This document shows, one piece after another, positions 23,401 to 34,979 of a stretch of DNA of 62,451 nucleotides. The first letter of the stretch is position 1. Each line of letters starts with the position of its first letter. Where the stretch lies: contig RBNJ01000016.1 in the NCBI GenBank assembly GCA_003990765.1, positions 1 through 62,451 of the forward strand, given 5' to 3'. The translations under genes were made by a program, and so were the position numbers. Origin of the DNA: Jimgerdemannia flammicorona. Lineage: Eukaryota. The notes beneath the pieces were generated by a model, which was not told the origin of the DNA, searched no databases, and was given only the letters and a program-made list of their open reading frames with translations.

Positions 23401-26303
23401 TCAGCCAGCTGGGAGGAGTTAAGGCACCAATGTCCAGGTCCATCTCCACTCTCTCCAAACTGCCCCTGCCCCAACAGTCCCCAGTGATCAGACCACAGGC
23501 ACCACTCCACCTCCAATGTCTTCCAAACATCTGAACCCCTACACTTGGCTGTCAGAATCCAGTCAATCCTTGTACCCAAGCCATTCACCCAATGTATGTA
23601 GACCCTGGTGTTGCCCTACCATATTCTGCCCATATCCCCTAAGGAGGTCAAATTCTCCACCTTCTCCCATGCATCCAGACCTCCACTTCTCCCCCCTGCA
23701 TTCCTCCCTCCATCAGTTCTGTCTAGACACTGATCCCAAACCATATTAAAGTCTCCACTGAGAACATCGACCCCTTCCTCCAAGAGAATACCCTCCTCCA
23801 GCAGCTCCTTAATCCATGCAGTCCTCTTACCCCTAACAGCTGGGCAGTAGCAAGAGCCAACCCTCACTGACTCCCACCCTGGCCAATGCCAATCTCCCCA
23901 GACCAAGCGATCACTCCAGCTCCTGATTCCCCCCAAGTCTCCTCTACTCTTCCTCACCAGAATTGCCACTTTTCCAAACCAAGCAGTAGCCCCACCCCAT
24001 TCTCTAGTCCACTCCACCAGATCATCCTCATCTTCACACTGTACATCCTGTAGTAAAAAGAGATCAGCCTCCAATTCCTTGAGCCAAGTATAAATGTTCT
24101 TATGCCACCCAGATCCCCTTAACCCATTCACATTCAAAGAGAAAATATTGGTTGTACTGTTCATAAGAAATAATGTTATATAGTAATCCCATCCTCTACA
24201 AGTCTGCATTCGGCTCCTCCTGTACCAAGTTTAAGTCATGTTCAGTAGCTAGTTCCCTCTCACCAGCTTCCCATACCTCCAACCCTCCCAGAAGTTCCAC
24301 CATCACCCCATCTTCTCTCTCCTCAAAGTCCTCACAATACTCTAGACAGGCCTCCTGCCAGAGCTGTAAACCATGATGCTCTGCCCAACAGTAGGTGGCC
24401 CGCTCACCAGCAACAACCACCAGCTCTGCCTTCCTCACCTCATCAACCTCATATCCCTCCTCCTCCAAGAAGATTACAAGAATCTCTACCTTCAGCACCT
24501 CCACCACTTCCATCTCCATGCAGAATCTGCACCCAATACTCCTCAAGCATTACATATGGTCCACTTCTCCCAATGCCTCAGTCATGAGATTATCCATCAC
24601 CTTGCTCATCCACAGCAGGGTCCCCACCTCCTTCCCTCCTGGAGTCTCTGGCCACCCTGCATCCAACATTGTGGTATCAGCTCCTACACTGGCAGTCTCA
24701 TCCCACTCCTCCTCTGGGACATCCACCAGCTCATCCTCATCAACTGCCACCACCTGGCCCCCTTTCGCCACATCAGGGACCCCAAAATGTACTCATGGGG
24801 CCCCTTGTATCAGCACATCTTCCACTGCCCCTCTCTTCCCCACTGGTCCCCTCCTGATAAGGGGGAGGGGGGGTGGCATCCAACTCCTGCTCCCAGACCT
24901 TGAATATACCATCTGCATAGGGGTCCTTGTTCAACACCTTCCCTGCTCCTTCCTTGTTTGCCTCTACCTCCCCTCCTCCTTTACTAGCCCAGACACTAGC
25001 TTCAATGCCTCCAGATCTCTCATTTCTATCTACCTTCTTCTTAGCCTCTCCTCTCATACTCGCCAAAAGCTCTCTCTGCCTCATGCACTCCTGAGCCCAC
25101 TCCCACTGCTCCTTGTCAGTTTGAATCTGCTTTCCATCAATAATCTCTAGATGCATCAATGCCTCATACAATTTCCAGGCCTTTGCCCTCCTCTCAACAG
25201 CACCACTCAACTCCTCCAGAGCCTCCAACAAGTCTTCTTCCTCCTCTTCATTCCCTCTCACCCTCAACACCTTACAGGCAAAAGCCCCCCACATCAACAC
25301 TGAGGGCCAGTCACTCATCTTCTCTGTGGCCTCTCTTCCTGCCAGTCTAATCCTCACATTTATATCACTAGTCCTAATGGATGTCCCCTCCCAAACCTGG
25401 AAACCGACATCTACCACATCGCCATACTCTGCCATCACCACCTCTACCTTCCTCTTAGTCTCCTCCTTCATCACTGTAGGCACCCCCTTCACCAACAGCT
25501 GCACCACCCTGGGGTCCCACCTCAGGCAGTGCATCATGGGGACTGCTACCTCCCCATCTGCCACTCCATTCTTCAGAGCCTCTTCCAGTGGGCCCACCTC
25601 CTCAAAGCCCACCTCAACCTCCTCCAGGCCCTTCAGAAACTTCACCGAGGCAGCCCCAGCCACCTGCTTTGAGATAAGCCCCAAGACCATCCTCACTGTC
25701 ACCACCAAGCCTTGGAAGTACAGTATTACCACAAACTCTGAGATTGATTTCCTGAGTAATGGTGCCACCACCAGCCCCATTACACTATTAGCCAGATCCC
25801 CCTTCCGCATTGGGAACTTCTGCCCCACACCTCCATCAACCATCACATCTCTTTTTTTTTCCTGATTATCTGTCACACTGCTATCAGCAGTCCCACCCCC
25901 AGCCACAGCCCCTCCAGTACCTATGCTTGCATCTCCCACCTTAGTACCTCCCCCCCTCCCTAGGCTCTCCTTGTCTTTTCCCACAGCAGCACCAGCCCTA
26001 GATCCAGCTGGCCATCTACTCTCCTTCACCTTATCTGCAAAACTTGGGGGGCCCAGCCTCCTCCCATTGCCACCAGACACCAGTCCACCTCCAGAGCCCT
26101 TGCCACCCTTTGACCCTCCAAAGGCCCCCATCCCCAGGCCATAACCCCTCCCGACATTCTGCCAGCCGAAAGCCCCAGGTCCACCTGACTCAGCATGCTC
26201 ATCAGAATACTTGCTCAATGACATTTTTATAATTCCTTTTCTCTAAGTAGCATCGAAAACCATTGCTTGAGGTTGGTGTAATGTGAATTGTACAGGAGAA
26301 AGG
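20382..26303 (-). mobile_element. Full-length L1/Tx1-type LINE (LINE-2) inserted in gag of C
   Basis: 60-nt poly(T) at 20382-20441; TSD TGTTCCTTGAGGTC at 20367-20380 and 26304-26317; ORF1 26224-24196; ORF2 24164-20507 with APE endonuclease (SLNVNGLRG, GDFN, RIDWI, SDH), RT (AFADD) and C-terminal CxxC...H...C. Confidence 0.95.
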
Positions 26304-26319
26304 TGTTCCTTGAGGTCTT

Positions 26320-27599
26320 TGTATATATCATACTGGTGGATCTTAGTCTTGTACAGCTTCTGTTCCTTCTTGCTTTTGCTTTCTCCTGAGACTGGAGTTG
26401 TGCCTTCAATGATTTGGCAGGCAGCTTCATCTAACTCTATGTCATGATCAATCTCCTCGGGTTGAGTCTTGCTTTGAATAGTGATAGCTGGGGTCTTCTT
26501 TGGTCTTCCAACTGGCTTGCTGTTGCTCTTCCTGTCATAGGGCTTGGACCAGGTTCTGATACCTTCAGTAGTAGGGTAGAATTAGAGCTCCTCATAGTAT
26601 TCTTCATCATCAGTATCACCAATCTCCTTGATGACTACTGCATTGGTTTGTTCTCTGGTTCTGCTAGCATTGCTTGGTTGGGCTTTGTGTCTTGTTTTGG
26701 TCATGTAATTCTTTGCATAGTGGCCTTCTTCTCCACATCTGAAGCATGTGATATTGCATTCTTCTGTAGCAACTGCAAATCTCTGCACTGGTCTCCTGTT
26801 GGCACTTCAGACTTCTCTAACAACATCACCAAGGTATTTAGTCATCTAAGTGAACTGCTTGGTGAGTTCATCCACTGGGTCAGCTTTGGCTGCCTTTGGG
26901 GTAGGTGGGGTTGGTTGTCTGTTTACAACTGTGGTAGGTATGATACTAGTTGACTTTGATGGCTCCATCTTGATGCCAGTTATTTTCTCCATTGAGTGTT
27001 CGGCAGGGTGTCTGGCAGTCCAATATCTCTGTACAAAGACCACTTTCTGATCAAGGGTCAGTACAGCTGGGGTAGACTTAATTGCTAGAGCAATTTCAGG
27101 GTGAACTCCTTTGAGGAAGATTGAATCCACTATTTGTTTCTTGAGGGCATCATCATAGCCAGCCAGAACAATCTGGTGGCAGATTTAGGTATAGAATGAG
27201 TTGGGATCTTCACTAAGTCCCTGGCAGATAGCATTGAGTTGATCCTTGAGAGCTTGCTTGATCTCTTCAGTATAATATGTTGTTCTGAGGAAGGCCTTCA
27301 TGTTGGCAAGTTTGGCTGCACCATTATCAGTAATGGTGACTGCATTGAACTTGTCTCTGGCAGGTCCTCTGAGGCTGACTGGTAGAAGGGCCAATTGAGC
27401 ATCCACACCAAGGGCTTGTATAGTGGCGAATTGTTCAAAGTCTTCAATGAAGGTCAGGATTTACTCTTTAGTAGTATATCTATAGAATGTGGGGGGATGC
27501 ATTTCTATCTTGTCTTGAATTCTTGCAGGGGTGACTCTTGTAGTCAGGGTAGTTGTTGTAGGGGTTGTTCGTTTTTTAGCTTGAAAGTGAGGGATTCAT
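26320..27599 (-). pseudogene. gag: Element C gag with CCHC-like knuckle
   Basis: CFRCGEEGHYAKNY; capsid-like ORFs 27185-27406 and 26846-27130. Confidence 0.85.
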
Positions 27600-27628
27600 C
27601 TTGAATCACCAGCCAATGGGCACCAAGT

Positions 27629-28504
27629 TGTCATGTAGTGGTCACTGAGTCCTTCAAATATGCCAGATTCTCTTCAAGATGTATCTCTTAGACTAACTCA
27701 AGTTTGTTATAAGCAAGTTCTTATTGGAGTGCCTTCCCAAGGTCTTATAGTCCTCAAACTTCTTATCTTTAACTATCTTGTTATCTCTTAGATTGCTTGC
27801 AAGGAAGTGTATATTGTACTGAGTAGACTGACTTTATTTCAGAGGAAATAAGAGGGGTATTTATACAAAATATAATTTAATGGTTGCTAAGATATAAAGC
27901 TAAATATAAATTCCAATAACTAAAATAAAATGCCAGGACAGGAAAACTGCTAAGTTCCAGGGTCAGCACTGATAGTTATACAGGTTCAGGATGCTGGTAT
28001 AATTCAGTATTACATCAAATGCTGGTGCTGGAACAATTTCACATCACCTCAGAATACTAGTGCTAGCATTATTCAGTGTAACCAAGCGACTTAGAGCAGA
28101 ATGTTCAAGACCATGGGGGCTTCATCTTCATTGTCAGAGGTCAGGATATCTTCAAAGGAGATGAGGTCCATGAATTCATTGTGTAGGTTGCACATTTCGC
28201 ATACTTTGCATACTTTGTCATGCATCTCACATATGTCGATGTCACACAGGATGACGTCATTGCCAATAACATCATCACATTTGGTGGCAGGGAAATCGAG
28301 AACAAGGAGATCTGGAGCTCTCCAGTCTATGAGGTTCTCTTCCACAAAATAGGGAACAAATGTGGGGTCTTGGGGAGGTCTAACCTAGATGCTTGGGCCT
28401 TGAAATACTGAGATCAATCCTTGCAGGAATTTGTCTGGGTTGTCCTGAAGGATGGGATACCAGAAGTCTTCTACTTCATCATTATTGAGGATAATAGTGG
28501 ACAG
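27629..28504 (-). repeat. 5' LTR of C (truncated)
   Basis: Direct repeat of 14479-15319, adjacent to the PBS. Confidence 0.88.
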
Positions 28505-28945
28505 GGGCAACACAGGCAACACGGGCAACATGGGCGGGCAAGATGGGCAAGATGGCAAGATGGCAAGATGGGTGACATGGGCAAGACGGGCAATATGGGC
28601 AAGACGGGCAGATGGCAAGACAGGTGACATGGGCAAAATGGGCAACATGGGCAACACGGGCAACACGGGCAACACAGGCGGGCAACACAGGCAACACAGG
28701 CAACACGGGCAGGCAATACAGGCAACATGGGCAACACGGGCAACATGGGCAACATGGGCAGGCAAGACGGGCAAGATGGGCAAGATGGGCAAGATGGGCA
28801 AGATGGGCAAGATGGGCAAGATGGGCAAGATGGGCAAGATGGGCAAGATGGGCAAGACAGCAAGATGGCAACATGGACAACATGGGCAATACAGGCAGGC
28901 AAGATGGGCAAGATAGGCAAGACAGGCTAGATGGGCAAGACAGGA
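28505..28945. repeat. 9-bp minisatellite (GGGCAAGAT / GGGCAACAY)n
   Basis: Directly visible; near-perfect GGGCAAGAT run at ~28769-28856. Confidence 0.95.
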
Positions 28946-29201
28946 GGCACTAATAGGGGTAGGTCAGGTGCACTAGATGTTAAGTACTTGAGGTAGTTGG
29001 GGCTCACAACCCATACCCACTGGGTGAGGCAGGCCAGGTAGGAGAATCTAGTTACTTGGGCAGTGAGGTTGCAACTCACACCCTAAAGGTGCAAGGCTGG
29101 GTGAGTGTGAAGGTGGGTTGAGATTGGGGTGGAATGGGGCTACTGATGTTGTATGAGGATATGTGGCATGTTATAGATAGTTAATAAATGAGACTACAGC
29201 C

Positions 29202-29204
<3 letters not shown>

Positions 29205-29232
<28 letters not shown>
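29205..29232. repeat. (AT)n microsatellite
   Basis: Directly visible. Confidence 0.9.
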
Positions 29233-29235
<3 letters not shown>

Positions 29236-30060
29236 TACAGATGTTGAACAATAGATTTATCTCATACTCCATGCATGTCATTCACACAGTTAAGTCGAAA
29301 CATACAACCTCATTCTTTAGTTCGAGAACTCCGAATTGAACAACAATGCAAGCCAATAGAAGGTTGTTGGTGACGTAGCACTAGAACCGCCTCTTTTTAA
29401 CTAATGTCTGCCGAGTTGTTAAAAATGCAGGGCGCTCCTCGATATGATTATTTATCAATTTTGCATTCAGCGCACACCTTTCTCATTTTTTAGTGCTAAC
29501 GGTGCAAATTGTACTGTCTCAATTTGTAAATATGATATCAAGAACGTTTTTTTGCGAGCAAGATATGACCGATTCGTACTCTTTATAAACATAAAATAAT
29601 GGCGAACGTGACTAGGATCAAAACAATTTGTAACACCTGTGGAAATGATAAATCACAGTACCCACTTACACGTCAGCCAGAGGACAGCCTTAGGTTAGAC
29701 TGTCCCATTTGAATACTACGCATGTGTAACCGAATAAGAGTGTACGTTGCTATTCGCACAATTAATTAACACACGATGGTGTTGCCAATGTACACGGATG
29801 TTAGATGGTTGCGGATGTTGGTTGGTTGAATTGAATTGAACCACATTCAACTTGTTACTAGAATGACATTGAAAATTCAATTCGCTCATTCATATTTATT
29901 TTATCTTTTCAGTTTGCAAGTTTGATTATAGATTGAAATAATTGAATATACCATTAAAGAGTTTTACCTTATAAGAAGTATGTGTAAATATAATAGCCAT
30001 ATTTTCCCGAATTGATCGACGATAAAACAGATCGGTAGAAATTTGGCGCCGAAGGCGATC

Positions 30061-30390
30061 TTACACATTGTTGATATGACAAAGCCTATCAAGGTTTTCA
30101 CATAGAGTGCAGGGCACTCCGTGACATCCTTTCTTGTCCTTTTTGCATCCAAAGCACCTTATTCCCGGAGGGTTCCTTTTTGTGGTGCCGATGCTAACGT
30201 GAGGGCGACATCGCCACTTCCTGCTCAAAAAGCCTGGGCATCCCTTGTATGGAATAGGTTGGGAATGAAAGTAGCAGTGGTTGCAGTGGGCAACTTTTAG
30301 GGGAAATTCGCGCTCAAAGGAGATGGGAATGATGATGGACTGGCAATCGTCTGCTGAAAATTTGGTTCTGGCCCCGGTATGGCATTGCAT
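30061..30390 (-). CDS. Exon/ORF with fungal Zn(II)2Cys6-like motif
   Basis: CFGCKKDKKGCHGVPCTLCENLDRLC (C-x2-C-x6-C-x4-C-x2-C-x6-C) at 30156-30079, followed by a possible GTAAG donor. Confidence 0.65.
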   Translation of the reverse strand: MQCHTGARTKFSADDCQSIIIPISFEREFPLKVAHCNHCYFHSQPIPYKGCPGFLSRKWRCRPHVSIGTTKRNPPGIRCFGCKKDKKGCHGVPCTLCENLDRLCHINNV

Positions 30391-30519
30391 TTTTGGAAGT
30401 TGCTAGTGTATATACGTTTCCGCGTTGAAGTTAAATTTAATGGCATTAGAGTCGCCTGTGCGATAGGTAGGTCGGCGTCGGTTGCGGCAGGGTCGGTGGC
30501 TTGGTGTGCGAGAAATGTG

Positions 30520-31224
30520 TTAATGACGAGGAGGACGACTGTGCATCGGCCTCGTCATAAAGATAAAAGTCGGTATCGTAGTTGTGCTCGAGCTCGACGA
30601 TGATGTGGTCGATGAGCCAATCGAGGGAGGCGAGAGAGTGTTCCTTGTCTTGTCCGAGGGGAGTAGCGGGGACGGCGTGTGGCTTTCGGGAATGGAATAC
30701 GGCCGAGAGTGATTGGTGGTGGAACTCGTGGAGTGCGTACTTTGGACAAATTTTTGGCGCCTTTCGAGCTCGGATGGGCGGTCGGGAGGCCGCTGGATCC
30801 GCTCGTGTGGCAGGATAGATGGCGTTCTGTTTTGGGGGAGAGGAAGGTGAGGAGTGTGGGCGCTCATAGTGGCCACGACGCTGGCCAGATGGACGACCAA
30901 ATCGCTACCGGTCTGCTCGCGGAAGAAGACACGGTCCTCATTGGCTTGTTTAATGAAGAGGATATGGTCACGGAGGGTGTGGCAGAAGCAGAAAATAATT
31001 TTGGTGAGACGGTCCGTCGAAGGCTTCTTCTTGAGCGGGCGTATGGCGCAATGGAAAGTTCCAAAAAATCCTCGTCGGTGAGGATGCGGCTGGAAGACTG
31101 CGTATTCCTGATTGGCGAGCCTTAGGCACTCGAATGTTTCCCAGATCGTGCCATCGAGGTTCGGCTGTGGCAGGGGAGGTAGGTGATCAAAGGCGGAGGA
31201 GAGGAAGGTGGTTGAAGGGTCCAT
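30520..31224 (-). CDS. Hypothetical protein (234 aa, Ser/Pro-rich C-half); possibly the 5' part of the Zn2Cys6 gene or pseudogene
   Basis: Longest ORF in a CpG-intact, non-TE island; same strand and frame as 30061-30390 but separated by stops. Confidence 0.45.
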   Translation of the reverse strand: MDPSTTFLSSAFDHLPPLPQPNLDGTIWETFECLRLANQEYAVFQPHPHRRGFFGTFHCAIRPLKKKPSTDRLTKIIFCFCHTLRDHILFIKQANEDRVFFREQTGSDLVVHLASVVATMSAHTPHLPLPQNRTPSILPHERIQRPPDRPSELERRQKFVQSTHSTSSTTNHSRPYSIPESHTPSPLLPSDKTRNTLSPPSIGSSTTSSSSSSTTTIPTFIFMTRPMHSRPPRH

Positions 31225-31764
31225 GGTTGAAGGAAAGATTGTTTGGGGGGTTTCTGCTTAGGGTACGGTGTTTCGGAAGAAACGGGTATTGGGAGAGAGC
31301 AAGACGCTCGAGGAAAACAGTTGGGAGCAGAGAAAGGTCGCCCTCGGTGGGGACAAAAATATATATTTTGGCTACCGCTGTTCTGACACTTTTAGGGTTA
31401 TGGCTTGGGTTCCAAACGAGATTGGCCCAACTCAGTCACACCGGTATCCGGCAGTTCGGAGAAATGAAAATGATCAGGTGACTCCCATTTCTTATAAATG
31501 CGTGATGCGGTGGGCAGGCCGTCTCCATCCTCGTCATGGAAATTTAGGGATTATGGAACCAACACCGCTTCGAACTTGAGGCCGAGATTCTACCACCCTC
31601 ACGCATAAATTCCTACTCTCAACTCCCCACCCTCTTTAATCATCCAAACCACGCTTAAACCTTTTCCCTCAACCATCTCTTCCCCCCTTTGCCAATCCCA
31701 CCAATGCTTAAATCCTTTCGCTCAAACCCCACCCCACCCCGCCTCCCCCCACATCCTTAAAAGG

Positions 31765-32420
31765 GCCTAGGCACTGTCTCCCAATCCACTCCCTGGATCC
31801 AATGACCTCATCACATATCCATGTTATCTCCTCAAAAGCCAGCTCCACATCTGCCATCTTCTTTCAGAAATCCTACAGTAGACCACCCTCCCCAGGAACT
31901 GCCCAAGACTTGTTGTAGCTAAAACCTGACACATCTCCCCACCTTGGACAGGTACTCCAAAGTCCCCAAGGCCCACTGCTGGGTCTGAGTGCCAATCTTC
32001 CAGATGCCATTCAATGTCCAGAACATCTTTCCCCCCTTCCTCCTCACCTACAAATGCCCCCACCTTGAGCTCAACTGGTCCAAGATATCTTGGGTGCTAA
32101 CCACTATCTCCCTTATCTCATCCAATACTCTCTCCCACCATTGTCTCACCCTTCTCACCTGAAGAAGTCATGACAGGAACTTTGTAGGTTGCTCTTCCTC
32201 TTTGATACTCTGCCACCTCAACTGAGCAGTCATACCCTTCACCTGCAGATCTTCCTCCTGTCTCAGTGTTCTCTTCAGCTCCTCTATCTTGAGTCAGACC
32301 CACTGAACCCTCCAATCCCCCTCCTCTCTATTGTTCAGCAAATCTATCTAGGTCAACAATAACTTCTCTAATCTCTGAGAGGTCCATCATAATTGAATCC
32401 TCCTCTCATTGCCTCTCATC
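31765..32420 (-). mobile_element. Internal ORF2 fragment of the same LINE family (LINE-4)
   Basis: Translates ...DWRVQWV*LKIEELKRTLRQEE...QPTKFLS*LLQVRRVRQWW...LEDWH, aligning to 40410-40960. Confidence 0.85.
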
Positions 32421-32439
32421 TTCTCTATATTCCCCTGTA

Positions 32440-33980
32440 ATTAGTAATATCACTACTAGCCTATTTGAAGAAGTTAAAAAGAAGTACACCAAGAATGATA
32501 ATATATAAGAAATTACTAAACAAATTCTCAAAGAAGGAAGTAACATTATGATGAAGATATATATTCAAGAATATTTCTATTCAAAATGGATATATATATC
32601 TTAACAACATAAGAATTTAGATTCCTGACACACTTATCTACCTATAAATCCTATAAGAATTATATAACATACCTATAGCTAGCTATATGGAAATTGATAA
32701 GATATATCAACATATTATCTGAGATTTCTACTGATTAAAAATAATAGCTAATATTAAGAACTAAATTATATCTTATAATATTTATCAAAGATATAAGTCT
32801 AGTAATTATGCCCAGCTAGAACACTACAGTTACTATCAATTCTCACTCAAAATTAAGACTACATTACAATGGACTTTATTGTCCAACTAGCAAAAATGAA
32901 GAAGGAAGAAATGTGATTATTATCTTTGTTAAATAACTTAGTAAGCAGACTCATTTTGTTACAATAACCACTACTGCAATAGTGCCAGAAACAGTACAAT
33001 TTTTTATTAATAATGTGTTCCATCTCTATCGATTACTATCAGCAATCATCTCTGATAGAGATATAAAATTCACAAGTGGCTTCTGGTAAGTACTTTTCAA
33101 AAGACTAGAAGTATAACTCAAGATATCTACTATCTATTACTTATAAACAGATGGTCAAACAGAACAAAACAATCAAACTTTAAAACAGATACTTAGTATC
33201 TACTGTAGCTATGTATAAGGATTTGGATGAAAAATGAACTATAGTAGAATTTATATATAATAGCAGTACAATTACAAGTATAAAAATAATGTCATTTTAC
33301 CTGAACTATGAATAATACCTCCAAATCTCCATAACTATTATATAAGCAACAGTACCAGCAATACAAGAAGTCACTAATACTATATAAGATACTATTCAGT
33401 AAGAATGTGATATTCTCATAAAAGTATAAAGAATTCAAGTAATATATATTGGTGAGAATAGAAGAGAAGTTACTTATGAAAAATAGTAACAGATATTACT
33501 CAGTATATGATATCTGACTCTAGATAATTAAGACCAAAGAAGAAACTTACTATATTAGATCATTTATATAAGATCTTAGAGAAGTATAGTTCTGTTTTAT
33601 ATAAGTTGGACCTCTTAGCAACTCTAGAAAAATCCACCTAGTATTTCACTTATTCCAATTTCTGCTATATACTGAAAATACCTTCAAAGAAGTATAGTAT
33701 TACTTCTAGATCTGATTATCATTAACTAAGAACTAGAATATAAAGTCAAATATATTCTAAATCACAAAAACTAATAATTTGGATGAGCTGCTAAGCCCAC
33801 CCAGTACTATCTCATAAAATAGAAATATATACCAAGTACAATATCACTTGAGAAAAAGAATTTGACCTTCTGCCAAATGCAGAAGAAGTTATAATCTAAT
33901 ATAGATATCTAGTATAATAGAGATTCTGATAGAATTTCCAAAAGACAGTTATATCTCTGAATATCTTTAATGAAGAGAAG
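32440..33980 (+). mobile_element. Highly degraded Gypsy relic D: integrase plus chromodomain-like tail, then PPT-like tract
   Basis: ITMDFIVQL, AIISDRDIKFTSGFW, TDGQTEQNNQTL, IHLVFHLFQ, EYKVKYILNHK...YYLIK*; GAAGAGAAG at ~33972. Confidence 0.8.
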
Positions 33981-34979
33981 TATAAATAATTTAAACAATC
34001 TTATATAGATAACTCACTATAGTATAAGTACTCAGCAAAGGTACTGAGAATAAATTAAAAACAAAATTATTTTATAACTATTAAATACTAATAGAATTCT
34101 ACCAAACTACTCTCTATCAATATATGAATCTCTGGAGACTCAGACCCAAATGAAATTGATTAATAATTTAGAAGAATCTAATCTTTCCAGGCCTTCTACT
34201 ATTAATAAGAATTAAAAGAGAACTATAAGATCAGATCTCTTATCTGTTAACAAGCTACACTCAGTAGTATTAAGTAATAAATCTGTCTTTTTATTGATGA
34301 CTAAATCTATATTATTGTCAAAAGACTTTATATTCTTTTCTGTATCAGACCCCAAGCCCTTAACTATCTTTATAAAGTATCTCCTGAAAATATTACTAAT
34401 TTGAGAGATAAATAATAGGGCAATATCATCTTTTAAGTAGTTTAGTATACTGTTCTTCAGTTTGATAAATATCTAGAGTTTAGTACTAAATCTACTAAGT
34501 AAGTTCAGACAAAGAAGGGAAAGATATAATAAATCATTATATATAAGTCACTTGAATTTTCAACAGAAATTCTAACAGAAATTCCAATAGAAATTCCTAC
34601 AGAATTTTCAACTAGTAGTTATAGTTACCAAATATAGTATACTATATATAGATATATCTAATACACAATATTTTATCATAGCTCAAAACTTGTATAAATA
34701 TTCTCTATATTAAGTATATTTTAAACCTCAGCTCTATCTTTTTCAAATATAAGAATAAAGCAGTATTCTTATTATATAACCCTCAGATTCAGCTTTGAAT
34801 TTCATCAACTTGGAATAAGTATAAGTATGATACTTTCATCAGTATAAGAACTTAAGTGATATTTGGACTATATTACTATAAAAGATAATTAGAACTTAGT
34901 ACTTTTTTACAAATACTCAGAACTTAGAGGTATTAGTTATCTAAATTATCTATAATATATTAATTCTATCTATATATAG

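Larger units (their letters stand above)
14479..28504 (-). mobile_element. Ty3/Gypsy element C (interrupted by LINE-2; 5' LTR apparently truncated at 28504)
   Basis: LTR homology 14479-15319 vs 27629-28504; PBS-like TGGTGCCCATTGGCTGG next to 27629; gag ATG 27599; PR, dUTPase, RT, RH, IN in order. Confidence 0.92.

Noticed and set aside
24395-25865. Long Ser/Pro/Thr-rich antisense ORFs (also 5-565, 37502-38140)
   Set aside because: Shadow frames of the G-rich LINE ORF1; the C-rich strand is naturally poor in stops.
28385-28953. Collagen-like (GQD/GKM/GNT)n and other repeat ORFs
   Set aside because: All six frames are open simply because the 9-bp unit lacks stops; there is no unique flanking coding context.
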